From IMG/VR virus record IMGVR_UViG_3300043112_000199, positions 1-37,172 of that record: a DNA stretch of 37,172 nt. The stretch is one strand, 5' to 3'. The position numbers were made by a program, and so were the translations under genes. This DNA comes from a virus. Taxonomy: Duplodnaviria > Caudoviricetes. The first letter of the stretch is position 1; the number at the start of each line of letters is the position of its first letter. Of this stretch, positions 16,206 through 24,754 are shown piece by piece. A model generated the notes under the pieces. It was not told where the DNA came from, ran no database searches, and saw only the letters and a program-made list of their open reading frames with translations.

Positions 16206-17693
16206 ATGGGCATTCGACTGCTTCCGTATCAGCACGAACTCCGCAGTACCCTGAAGGAATCTCAGGTCGTGGTCGTGGAGAAGTCCCGGCGTACCGGCTA
16301 CTCGTGGGGCGCAAGCTGGGTTGCCGCCGAGTATGCGGCCAAAGCCAAGGCCCATGGCGGCATGAACGTCTATTACATGGGCTATAACCTGGAGATGGCC
16401 CGCGAGTTCATCGAGTACGTGGGCGACGCCGGGAAAACACTGGAACTCGGCGCATCCGTGGTCGGTGAAACTCTTTGGCAGGACGCAGGCGATCCGGAAA
16501 ACCAGATCAAGGCGTTCCGGGTCGATTTCCGGCACGGCCGCGTCGTGGCCCTGCCCTCGAAACCGCGATCCCTGCGAGGCATGCAGGGACTTGTCATTCT
16601 CGACGAGGCTGCATTCCATGATGATCTGGACGAGTTGCTCAAAGCCGCGCTGGCCCTGACCGTCTGGGGCGGCAAGGTGCTCATCATCTCCACCCATGAT
16701 GGCGAGGACAACCCGTTCAACCAGCTCATTCAAGACTGCCGAGGTGGGCGGCTTCCATACGCGGTGCTGCGGTGCGACTTCGATCGCGCCATCAGCGAAG
16801 GGCTTTATCAAAGGATCTGCGAGCGTACCGGCAAGACCTGGACCGAGCACGGTCAGGCCGAATGGCGGGACCGGATCATCCAGTTTTACGGCGACGGCGC
16901 TGACGAAGAACTTTTCTGCATCCCATCGAAGTCCGGCGGGTCCTACCTTATCCGAACGGTCATTGAAGGATGCATGGACCCGAGCATTCCGGTCCTGCGC
17001 TGGGAGCCGCCGGCCAAGGACTTCGTGGACTGGCCGGATGAACAGCGGCACCGGGAAATGCGCGACTGGCTGAAGGCGATGCTTCAACCGCTCCTGACAT
17101 CCCTCCCGGACAAGCCGGGCTGGTTCGGCGAGGACTTTGGCCGCAACGTTGACCTGACGTGCATCTGGCCGCTGCAGGAAGCACCGGGCTTGACCTATCG
17201 CACCCCGTTCGTGCTTGAGCTGCGCGACTGTCCCTTTTCCCAGCAAGAACAGGCCCTTTTCCATGTTGGCAATCATCTTCCCCAACTCTGCGGCGGCGCA
17301 TTGGATAAGGGCGGCAATGGCGCCTTTCTGGCCGAGCGCGCCCGTCAGGAATTCGGGGCGGAGATCATCGAACAGGTCCACTTCGCCGAGACATGGAACC
17401 TTGAAAACTGGCCCCCGGCCAAGGCCGCGCTGGAGGACCGTACCGCAATCATCCCGAAAAGCGACGACATCCTCGACGACTTCCGGGCCGTGAAGGTTGT
17501 CAAAGGCGTTCCCAAGGTCCCTCGCGACGCCCGCACCACTGACCGAAAGGATGCGGGCAAGCGCCACGGCGACTCGGCCATCGCCTTTGCTCTGGCCATG
17601 TTTGCAGCCCGGAAGTTCGAGCCGGGCAATAATGAATGGGATATCTGCACTGGCGGAGTAAGCCGCGCCGGTGCGCTCATGAGAGGATACTGA
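16206..17693 (+). CDS. Terminase large subunit (Mu gp28-like)
   Basis: LLPYQ, EKSRRTGYSW, LVILDEAAFH, ISTHDG, GEDFGR, HGDSAIA. Confidence 0.93.
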   Translation: MGIRLLPYQHELRSTLKESQVVVVEKSRRTGYSWGASWVAAEYAAKAKAHGGMNVYYMGYNLEMAREFIEYVGDAGKTLELGASVVGETLWQDAGDPENQIKAFRVDFRHGRVVALPSKPRSLRGMQGLVILDEAAFHDDLDELLKAALALTVWGGKVLIISTHDGEDNPFNQLIQDCRGGRLPYAVLRCDFDRAISEGLYQRICERTGKTWTEHGQAEWRDRIIQFYGDGADEELFCIPSKSGGSYLIRTVIEGCMDPSIPVLRWEPPAKDFVDWPDEQRHREMRDWLKAMLQPLLTSLPDKPGWFGEDFGRNVDLTCIWPLQEAPGLTYRTPFVLELRDCPFSQQEQALFHVGNHLPQLCGGALDKGGNGAFLAERARQEFGAEIIEQVHFAETWNLENWPPAKAALEDRTAIIPKSDDILDDFRAVKVVKGVPKVPRDARTTDRKDAGKRHGDSAIAFALAMFAARKFEPGNNEWDICTGGVSRAGALMRGY

Positions 17694-19204
17694 TGCCGAC
17701 CATACTTGACGCCAAAGGCTGCCCCATAGACTTCTCCGCCCGCAGTCCCGACCTGAGCACCGAGTTCGCCACCCGCGTGAGCGCCGGGGCCGACTTCGGA
17801 AGCTTCCTCGGCCTGCTGCCCGATCCCGACCCGGTGCTGGTGCAGCGCGGCGAATACTGCACCGTGCTGGACGACCTGACAGCCGATGATCAGGTCTGCA
17901 TGGCCATGCAGAACCGCAAGCTGCGGGTACTCAACAAACAGGATTACGACTTTGCGCCTGGTCAGGCCAAGGGCAAGGACGTCACATCCGATGCCTCACG
18001 CCTGTGCGACGAGTTGGTGGCCGACCTGGAAGCCATCAACCTGCGCAACGTGTTCTCGTGCATGCTCGACGCGCCGTTCTTCGGTCAGACAGTGCTGGAA
18101 CTCATGTGGAAGCCGCGCGGCGGACGCCTGCGCCTGGTGGATATCGTGGCCAAGCCGCGACACTGGTTCGGATTCGACGACCAGAACCGGCCCGTCTTCT
18201 GCGGAAATACCCTTGCAGAGAACACCCGGCTTCCGCACGGCAAATTCGTGCTGGTGCGGCATTTCCCGACCTTCGAAAACCCCTACGGCCTGCGGCTGCT
18301 CTCCCGCTGCCTGTGGCCCGTGGCGTTCAAGCGCGGCGGCATCGAATTCCTGACGCGCTTCTGCGAGAAATTCGGCATGCCGTGGGTGTTGGCCAAGGCT
18401 CCAAACAAAGCGGGTCGGGCCGAGCGCATGAACATGGCCAGCGACCTGGCTGCCATGGTGCAGGACGCCGTGGCCGTCCTGCCCGCCGGGGCCGACGTGG
18501 AGCTGGCCAGCGCATCCGGCAAGGCCGGCGATCTGCACGAGGCCTACCTGCGCCGCTGGGACAAAGCCATTTCCAAGGTGCTCATGGGCCAGACCCTGAC
18601 GGCGGAGATGGACGGCAGCGGCAGCCGCGCGGCCAGCGAAACCCACTACAGTGTGGGCGAAGACATGGCCGAGGCCGACCAGGCGCTGATCACCAGCGCC
18701 ATGAACGAGCTGGCGATCATCTATCGCGACGTAAATGCCCAGCCCGGCGTGCTGGCTCCCGTATTCGCCTACAACGAGCCGGAGGACTACGGCGCGCGGG
18801 CCGACCTGGACAACAAGCTGCACCAGGTGGGCGTACGATTTACCAAAGCCCATTTCACCCGCCAGTACGGGCTGGCTGAAGACGAGTTCGACCTGGAGGG
18901 AGCAGCATCCCCAACGGATCATGCCGCACCAATTGAATTCATGGACGCGGATGACGCTCAGGAGACCGTCGAACAGGCCGTGGCCGAGGTCATGCCCGAA
19001 GCGATCAAGGCCAACGATGCATTGGTCACGCAACTTGAGAAAGCCGTCCAGGACGCCGAGAGCTTCGATGACCTGCAGATTCTGCTGGCCGAACTGCTGG
19101 CGCAGGACGCGAGCGAAGACGAGCTGGCCGAGCTGGTCACGCGGATCACGCTCAACGCGGCTGCGTTCGGTGCCCACGCGGTCACGGAGGAAGCAGATGG
19201 CTGA
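17693..19204 (+). CDS. Portal protein (Mu gp29 / DUF935)
   Basis: NPYGLRLL..FCEKFGMP..ISKVLMGQTLT; TGATG-coupled to TerL. Confidence 0.92.
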   Translation: MPTILDAKGCPIDFSARSPDLSTEFATRVSAGADFGSFLGLLPDPDPVLVQRGEYCTVLDDLTADDQVCMAMQNRKLRVLNKQDYDFAPGQAKGKDVTSDASRLCDELVADLEAINLRNVFSCMLDAPFFGQTVLELMWKPRGGRLRLVDIVAKPRHWFGFDDQNRPVFCGNTLAENTRLPHGKFVLVRHFPTFENPYGLRLLSRCLWPVAFKRGGIEFLTRFCEKFGMPWVLAKAPNKAGRAERMNMASDLAAMVQDAVAVLPAGADVELASASGKAGDLHEAYLRRWDKAISKVLMGQTLTAEMDGSGSRAASETHYSVGEDMAEADQALITSAMNELAIIYRDVNAQPGVLAPVFAYNEPEDYGARADLDNKLHQVGVRFTKAHFTRQYGLAEDEFDLEGAASPTDHAAPIEFMDADDAQETVEQAVAEVMPEAIKANDALVTQLEKAVQDAESFDDLQILLAELLAQDASEDELAELVTRITLNAAAFGAHAVTEEADG

Positions 19205-19403
19205 TGGATGCGACAATGCCCAGCGCACGCAGGCCCTGTACCTGCAAACCGCGCTTGAGAATCGGATGACGCGGTCCCACGGGGCGTCACGTCATGCCTG
19301 CGAAGAGTGCGGCGAGATCATACCGGAAGCCCGCCGGCGAGCCGTCCCCGGCGTACGTCTCTGCATAGCCTGTCAGGAAGAAGCCGATGCCCGTCACTAT
19401 TGA
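19197..19403 (+). CDS. TraR/DksA C4 zinc-finger protein
   Basis: MADGCDNAQ..CEECGEIIPEARRRAVPGVRLCIACQE; GGAGG SD. Confidence 0.88.
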   Translation: MADGCDNAQRTQALYLQTALENRMTRSHGASRHACEECGEIIPEARRRAVPGVRLCIACQEEADARHY

Positions 19404-20664
19404 TCCCCTCGCTCCGGCCGAAGCCGCTGAATACTGGAAAGGCAAAGCCCCGGTTTCCGCCGAGGATTTCAAGCGCATGGAGACGGCCGCCAGAAGCCGC
19501 GCCTTCGCGGTTTCCGGCTTGGCCAGGATGGATCAGGTCCAGACGGTGCAAAACGCTCTGGGCAAGGCCATCACGGACGGAGAATCCCTTGCTGATTTCA
19601 AGAACCGAATAGGCGGGATAATCGAACAGCAGGGATGGACCGGCAAGAAAGCGTGGCGGGTGGAGAACATCTTTCGGACCAACATGCAAAGCGCATACAT
19701 GGCCGGGCGTTTCGAGCAGATGAAACGCGTGGCCAAGGCCCGTCCGTACTGGAAGCTGGTAGCCGTGCGCGATCGCCGCACCCGGCAGACGCACCTTGCC
19801 GTGGACGGCCTGGTGTTCCCGCACGATCACCCGTTCTGGGACACCTGGTATCCACCCAACGGCTTCGCCTGCCGCTGCGTGGTGGTCACGCTCTCCAAGC
19901 GCCAGCTTAAAGCGCAGGGCCTGACGGTCCAGACCGAGATGCCCGACACGATCCGCGTGGTGGATCCGGCCACGGGCATGGAATCCTTCGTCACACCGCT
20001 GCCCGACAAGGGCTGGGCCACCAACGTGGGCAAGGACTGGCTTTCCGGTCTGACACCTTCCGAGCTGGATGGAACGGTCAAGGACCTGAATATCGGCCCC
20101 TTTTGTCGATCTGGAAAACATGCCTCGGGAACGTCTTGCAAGCCATCGCTCAAAGCTCTTGATCCGCGACACGTACACCGCATTGGGCAAAACGACATTC
20201 TTCCCACTGGCTTGCCAGACAAAGACTACGTCATGACTTTCCTGAAGCAATTCGGCCTCAAGGACATCAACGCCAGCAAAGTACACACGCTGCCGGGAGG
20301 CATCCCAGTGGTCATCAGCAAAGAGTTCTTCGTCAAGGACAAGTCCAGCGGCAAAGGGTGGAAGGTCGCAAAAGGCGGACGAGAACAGTTCATCCCACTG
20401 CTGGCCAGAACCATCCTCGACCCATTCGAGATATGGCAAACAACCGTCAAAGTCGGAGCAAACTCGCGGCCTTGCCTGAACCTTTTGCGGCTCTTTGCAG
20501 ATGATTCGGGAACCGTCGGCGGATATGGCGTTTTCCATCTCATAGGTGGCCGCAAATGGTCTGCGGCTACGGTGTTCACCCCCAAGACGGGCCAGCCTGA
20601 GCGGGATTTGTATCGCTATCTGGAGAAAAAAAGAAACGGTGTGCTCGTATACCGCGAGCCATAA
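19387..20664 (+). CDS. MuF (gp30) minor head protein with C-terminal extension, probably PBECR2-like nuclease
   Basis: AFAVSG..IFRTN..DRRTRQTH..PPNGFACRC MuF core, then about 200 extra aa (LLARTILDPFEIW..YLEKKRNGVLVYR) with a visible change in codon usage. Confidence 0.85.
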   Translation: MPVTIDPLAPAEAAEYWKGKAPVSAEDFKRMETAARSRAFAVSGLARMDQVQTVQNALGKAITDGESLADFKNRIGGIIEQQGWTGKKAWRVENIFRTNMQSAYMAGRFEQMKRVAKARPYWKLVAVRDRRTRQTHLAVDGLVFPHDHPFWDTWYPPNGFACRCVVVTLSKRQLKAQGLTVQTEMPDTIRVVDPATGMESFVTPLPDKGWATNVGKDWLSGLTPSELDGTVKDLNIGPFCRSGKHASGTSCKPSLKALDPRHVHRIGQNDILPTGLPDKDYVMTFLKQFGLKDINASKVHTLPGGIPVVISKEFFVKDKSSGKGWKVAKGGREQFIPLLARTILDPFEIWQTTVKVGANSRPCLNLLRLFADDSGTVGGYGVFHLIGGRKWSAATVFTPKTGQPERDLYRYLEKKRNGVLVYREP

Positions 20665-20685
20665 CGCAGAACCGACGCACACCGC

Positions 20686-20777
20686 AAAAGAAAACCCCAA
20701 GTGGACCGGCCCCTTGAGGAGACGAGGCTCCTTTCAAATCCCCGTGCCGGTCGGGGTCATACGAGCACTCGCCTGTA
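20686..20777 (-). ncRNA. Candidate antisense small RNA convergent on muF
   Basis: Minus-strand TTGACT(20812-07)-17 nt-TAGTTT(20789-84); long hairpin 20694-20757 ending in TTTTCTTTT. Confidence 0.55.
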
Positions 20778-20813
20778 GTCTTCAAACTAAGCCCCCGAAG
20801 GAGGGAAGTCAAC

Positions 20814-21686
20814 ATGGCCGCGTGGATAAACATCTTCCGCATCGGCACGCACACCGACAGTTCCGGGCGCAGCCGCACCTGGACCGGGAGCGACCTTGAC
20901 CGGATCGTCGAAAACTACAGCCGGCGCACCGAGGACGCGCCCGTGGTGTTCGGCCACCCCAAGGACAACGAACCGGCCCAGGGCTGGATCAAGGAGGTCC
21001 GGAACAACGACGGAATTTTGCAGGCACAGTTCGCACAGGTTTCGGACGCAGCGCGCGAGGCAGTGGATAATGGACACTATCAGTACGGCAGCCTCAGCCT
21101 GACACCCGACCTGAGAATCCGCCACTTCGGTCTGCTCGGCGCGGTCCCTCCGGCGGTGAAGGGTCTGGGCCGCGTCGAATTTCAGGACGGCGGGCTGACC
21201 GTGGACATCAATTTCAACGAGCCGGACGGACCGGCCACCCCGCCGGATAATCCGGCACCGGAGGATCCTGACATGAGCAAGGAACTGGAAGCCAAGGTCA
21301 AAGACCTGGAAGCCAAGATGGATGCCGAACGCCAAGCGCGTGAAAAAGCCGAGGCCGAGCTGAAGGCCAAGGAAACCGAATTCGCCGAAGAGTCGAGCAA
21401 GCAGCGCAAGGAACAGCTCACGCAACGCGTGGACAAACTTGTGGCCGACGGCAAGCTCCTGCCCGCCGAAAAGGACAAGGTGCTGGCCTTCTGCGAAGCC
21501 CTGGACGGCACCGAGGACAATCCGCGCGAAATGAGCTTCAGCGAAGGCGAAGGCAAGAAGCCGCTCGTGGACCACTTCATGGACTTCATGGCCCAGCAGT
21601 CCGGACACGGACTGTTCAACGATTTCAAGGCTCCGGAAAACGGTCAGGACAACGGCCCGACCGAAGACCTGACGCAGTACGTCTAA
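20814..21686 (+). CDS. Prohead protease I with nested scaffold Z
   Basis: WINIFRIGTHTD..PVVFGHP..AQGWI..LLGAVPPAVKGL; in-frame internal GGAGG+ATG at 21273 starts a coiled-coil region. Confidence 0.85.
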   Translation: MAAWINIFRIGTHTDSSGRSRTWTGSDLDRIVENYSRRTEDAPVVFGHPKDNEPAQGWIKEVRNNDGILQAQFAQVSDAAREAVDNGHYQYGSLSLTPDLRIRHFGLLGAVPPAVKGLGRVEFQDGGLTVDINFNEPDGPATPPDNPAPEDPDMSKELEAKVKDLEAKMDAERQAREKAEAELKAKETEFAEESSKQRKEQLTQRVDKLVADGKLLPAEKDKVLAFCEALDGTEDNPREMSFSEGEGKKPLVDHFMDFMAQQSGHGLFNDFKAPENGQDNGPTEDLTQYV

Positions 21687-21698
21687 TCAGGAGGCAAC

Positions 21699-22055
21699 AT
21701 GACCATCACCGGCAATCGCGGCTCCATCGGGGCCGAGGGCGAACGCGCCCACACCAACCATCATCCCGCCATCGTCGGCCACGGTGCAGTCCTGGCCAAC
21801 AACGGCGAGTACCCCATCGGCCTCATCGTCAAGGAAGACGCGGGCGGCCTGCTGATTCCCTACACCGGCTCCGCCGACACCGACACTCCGGTGGGCGTCA
21901 TCGACGAACCCGTCAATACCGCCGAAGAAGGCGCGGCCATGGTGGTCCGGCACGGCACGGTCCGCGCCAATCTGATCAAGATCGGCGCGACCGGCGATCC
22001 CGCCACGGCCGACGACATCAAGAAACTGGCAACCATCGGCATTTTCGCCGTCTAA
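21699..22055 (+). CDS. Head decoration protein
   Basis: 118 aa between scaffold and capsid; VVRHGTV..L...GIF ending; AGGAGG SD. Confidence 0.7.
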   Translation: MTITGNRGSIGAEGERAHTNHHPAIVGHGAVLANNGEYPIGLIVKEDAGGLLIPYTGSADTDTPVGVIDEPVNTAEEGAAMVVRHGTVRANLIKIGATGDPATADDIKKLATIGIFAV

Positions 22056-22067
22056 GGAGACGTTTGC

Positions 22068-23051
22068 ATGTTCACTCAGCTCAAAGGGGTATTCAGCCCG
22101 CAGGCAGTGGCACAGCACCTCAAGGGCCTGCCGCCCATCAAGACCACCATCATGGACTCCTGCTTTCCCGGCCGCAGCCAGAAACCGTTCGCTCTGGTGG
22201 GCATCAGCGACGTGCTGGACGTAGTCGGCACCGTGCCGGTGATCCGGCGCGGCGGCCTGTCCACGCCCGTTAGCGCGGGGAGCGTGAAGGTCGACATGAT
22301 CGAGCCGCTGCCGGTCAAGCCGTCCAAGGACATCACCGGTCAGGACCTCAACAACCTGCGGCAGATCCTCGGCCAGAAGGCCAGCGTGGACGCCTGGACC
22401 CGCGACGTCATCGCCCACCTGCGCGACACCTGCCGCTTTACCACCGAGGCCATTGCGGCCACGGCGCTGACCGGCACCATCAGCTGGCCGGTGCGTCTCG
22501 ACGGCGGCGGCTGGGAAACCTATGAGGTGGATTTCGGCACGCCGCATCGCGTCATGCCCGGCAAGCTGCTGACTGAAACGGACGTCAAGATTTCCGACTT
22601 GTTTGGGATCCTGTCCGACATGGAGTCCGCCATTCAGGACGGCGGATACGGCGGCGAGATCGACTTCATGGCGGGCAAGGCTGCCTATCAGGCCGCTTAC
22701 GCCCTGGTGGAGGACTATAAGTCCACGGCCAAGCTCCGGGTGGCCATCGAAGGCGGTGTCATCGACGTGGGCGGCTACAAGATCCGCAAGATGTCCGAGA
22801 AGTACCGTGACCCCAAGGGTGGCGGCATGCTTCCGAAGGTTCCGGCTGGCGAGATTGTTGCTTACGCCAAGGACGCCCCGGCCAAGATCATCTACTGCGC
22901 TCTGGACGACGTGGAAGCCAATCTGCAGCCGTATCCGTTCTTCCCCAAGCCGATGAAGCTGATCGAAGGAAACGGCTACCGCATCATCGGGCAGTCCAAA
23001 CCGCTCCCTGCACGCTCTCCCAAGTCCATCTGCTGGGCCGAAGTGGTCTAG
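22068..23051 (+). CDS. Major capsid protein (lambda gpE-like family)
   Basis: 327 aa, TEAIAATALTG..VDFG..QSKPLP motifs; synteny. Confidence 0.85.
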   Translation: MFTQLKGVFSPQAVAQHLKGLPPIKTTIMDSCFPGRSQKPFALVGISDVLDVVGTVPVIRRGGLSTPVSAGSVKVDMIEPLPVKPSKDITGQDLNNLRQILGQKASVDAWTRDVIAHLRDTCRFTTEAIAATALTGTISWPVRLDGGGWETYEVDFGTPHRVMPGKLLTETDVKISDLFGILSDMESAIQDGGYGGEIDFMAGKAAYQAAYALVEDYKSTAKLRVAIEGGVIDVGGYKIRKMSEKYRDPKGGGMLPKVPAGEIVAYAKDAPAKIIYCALDDVEANLQPYPFFPKPMKLIEGNGYRIIGQSKPLPARSPKSICWAEVV

Positions 23052-23060
23052 CTTCAAATT

Positions 23061-23141
23061 TGCGCCCTGTTGCCCGGATGAGGGCAACAGGGCGCACGGT
23101 ACGCGAAACAACCCTGAACCTAGTTCAAAACTAGTCCAAAA
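23061..23141. repeat. 15-bp perfect inverted repeat plus 11-bp tandem repeat
   Basis: TGCGCCCTGTTGCCC-GGATGA-GGGCAACAGGGCGCA; CTAGTTCAAAA/CTAGTCCAAAA at 23120-23141. Confidence 0.85.
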
Positions 23142-23159
23142 CGCACGAGAGGGCCACGC

Positions 23160-23588
23160 ATGTACTGCCAAAAGACCGACCTGACCGGCTATGTGCTCAA
23201 CGCCTACCTGACGGCGGCCGAAGAGCAGACGCCCGGAATCGTCGACCAGACTCTGGCGAACGTGTCCGGCGAGATCGACGACGCGCTCCGGTCCCGCTTC
23301 GAGCTGCCGCTTGCCGAAGTGCCGGGCACGCTGACCCGCATCGCCGCCGTCATGGCCTCCTACAGGATCGTGGGTGCCATCACGTCGGTCATGGCCTCGG
23401 AGGGCGGCAGCAACAACGAATGGATACCGCTGCAGACCCAGTACAAGCAGGCCGTGAAAGACCTTGAAGCGGTCCGCAGCGGCAAGCTGGACATCGGCCT
23501 GAAGGAGCTGGGCGAGGAACCGCGCGTGGACACTGAAACCATGGTCGTCACCAGACGCCCCAAGGGACTGCTGCGGGGGTGGAAGTAA
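23160..23588 (+). CDS. Head-tail connector (Mu gp36 / DUF1320)
   Basis: MYC..DL..EIDDALRSRFELPL..YKQAVKDLEAVRSGKLDIG. Confidence 0.88.
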   Translation: MYCQKTDLTGYVLNAYLTAAEEQTPGIVDQTLANVSGEIDDALRSRFELPLAEVPGTLTRIAAVMASYRIVGAITSVMASEGGSNNEWIPLQTQYKQAVKDLEAVRSGKLDIGLKELGEEPRVDTETMVVTRRPKGLLRGWK

Positions 23589-24034
23589 TGGGCGGCGCGA
23601 GCTTCAACCTCAACTGGGGCGGACTGGACCGCATGGTCGGCAGCGCCACGGTCAAAGCAGGCAGGACACATCAGGCCATGGCCGAGATCGGCGAAGCTCT
23701 GGCCTCGTCCACCATTGCGCGCTTCGATGCCGGAGCCGGCCCCGACGGTACGCCCTGGGAACCGTCTCAGCGGGCCGAGCGGGAAAGCGGCAAAACGCTT
23801 GTGGACACCGGGCGGCTGCGCGGCTCTATCGGCTACGAGGCCAGCCCGTCGCAAGTCTCGGTGGGCAGCAATCTCGTCTATTCGCGCATCCACCAGCTCG
23901 GCGGCAAGGCAGGTCGCGGCCGCGCCGTAACGCTGCCCGCCAGACCCTACATCGGCATATCCGAAGAAGATCTCCAAGAAGCCCGCGCCATTCTGGTCGA
24001 GCACTTTGTTGACGCGTTCGGAGGCCCACGATGA
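23588..24034 (+). CDS. Virion morphogenesis protein (Mu G / tail S family)
   Basis: GPDGTPW..LVDTGRLRGSI..VGSNLVYSRIHQLGG..PARPYIG. Confidence 0.9.
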   Translation: MGGASFNLNWGGLDRMVGSATVKAGRTHQAMAEIGEALASSTIARFDAGAGPDGTPWEPSQRAERESGKTLVDTGRLRGSIGYEASPSQVSVGSNLVYSRIHQLGGKAGRGRAVTLPARPYIGISEEDLQEARAILVEHFVDAFGGPR

Positions 24035-24570
24035 GGCAGACCGCCTTTGCCATCATTCAGGCCGCCGCTGTGGCCGCAGGCCTGCCGGAAAGCGCTGTCA
24101 TGCACACCCCGGAAAAGGACGGCCCGACCCTGCCCAAGCGTCGTGCCGAAATATCCTACCTGCCCGAGCAATACCGGCGCACCGGAAGACCCGTCCGCAA
24201 ACGTCCGAGCGTTGACAAAGAGGACACGCACCGCACGCTTCGCCGCGAAATCTACACCGTCCGGCTGCCGGTGCGCGTGGCCATTCGCTCGGATGACGAA
24301 ACCTGGCTGCGTGACTTCGCTACCGCCTTTCGCGCGGCGCTGCCCAAACGGACCACGGACGAGCAGGGCAACCCGGTGAGCGTGACCGTGGAAAAGGCCG
24401 AATACGGCGGCTTCACCGGCAAACTGGTGGAAGTCTTCAAAAAGAGATCCAAAACCTTTCATGTGTCGGTGACGGGCATGACCACCAGAGACACCGAGAT
24501 CCCGCTCGTGCGCGATGCCGACATTACCCCCAAATACAGGGAGGCAAACAATGGCCAAGAAGAAGGCTGA
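24031..24570 (+). CDS. Putative tail completion/terminator protein
   Basis: Position between gene G and the sheath; ATGA coupling. Confidence 0.55.
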   Translation: MRQTAFAIIQAAAVAAGLPESAVMHTPEKDGPTLPKRRAEISYLPEQYRRTGRPVRKRPSVDKEDTHRTLRREIYTVRLPVRVAIRSDDETWLRDFATAFRAALPKRTTDEQGNPVSVTVEKAEYGGFTGKLVEVFKKRSKTFHVSVTGMTTRDTEIPLVRDADITPKYREANNGQEEG

Positions 24571-24745
24571 CAAAAAGGAAACCCTTCATCCCGTGGAAAC
24601 CCTCGCCGCCGACCTGCCCGTCTGGGAACTGGCTGCGCTGCGGCAGGCCACGGGCTGGACCGAAGGCAAACAGATCACCGGGGCGGACTTCGAGGATGCC
24701 CTGACCAAGCTCCGCGCCCGTCCGCAGGGCGGCGGCAGAATCTAG
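24551..24745 (+). CDS. Small protein preceding the sheath
   Basis: GGAGG SD; 64 aa. Confidence 0.65.
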   Translation: MAKKKADKKETLHPVETLAADLPVWELAALRQATGWTEGKQITGADFEDALTKLRARPQGGGRI

Positions 24746-24754
24746 GGAGGCCCC

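Noticed and set aside
20704-20752. tRNA-like TTCAAATCCC with acceptor-like GACCGGC/GCCGGTC
   Set aside because: No paired T-stem, D-arm or anticodon arm; too short for a tRNA.
20546-20899. ORF as a possible MuF immunity protein
   Set aside because: Overlaps both muF and the protease gene extensively, has no SD and has an unnatural composition.
23067-23112. GGATGA..GCGAAAC resembling a hammerhead
   Set aside because: Core is CGGATGA, locked in the loop of a 15-bp stem, and no stem I can form.
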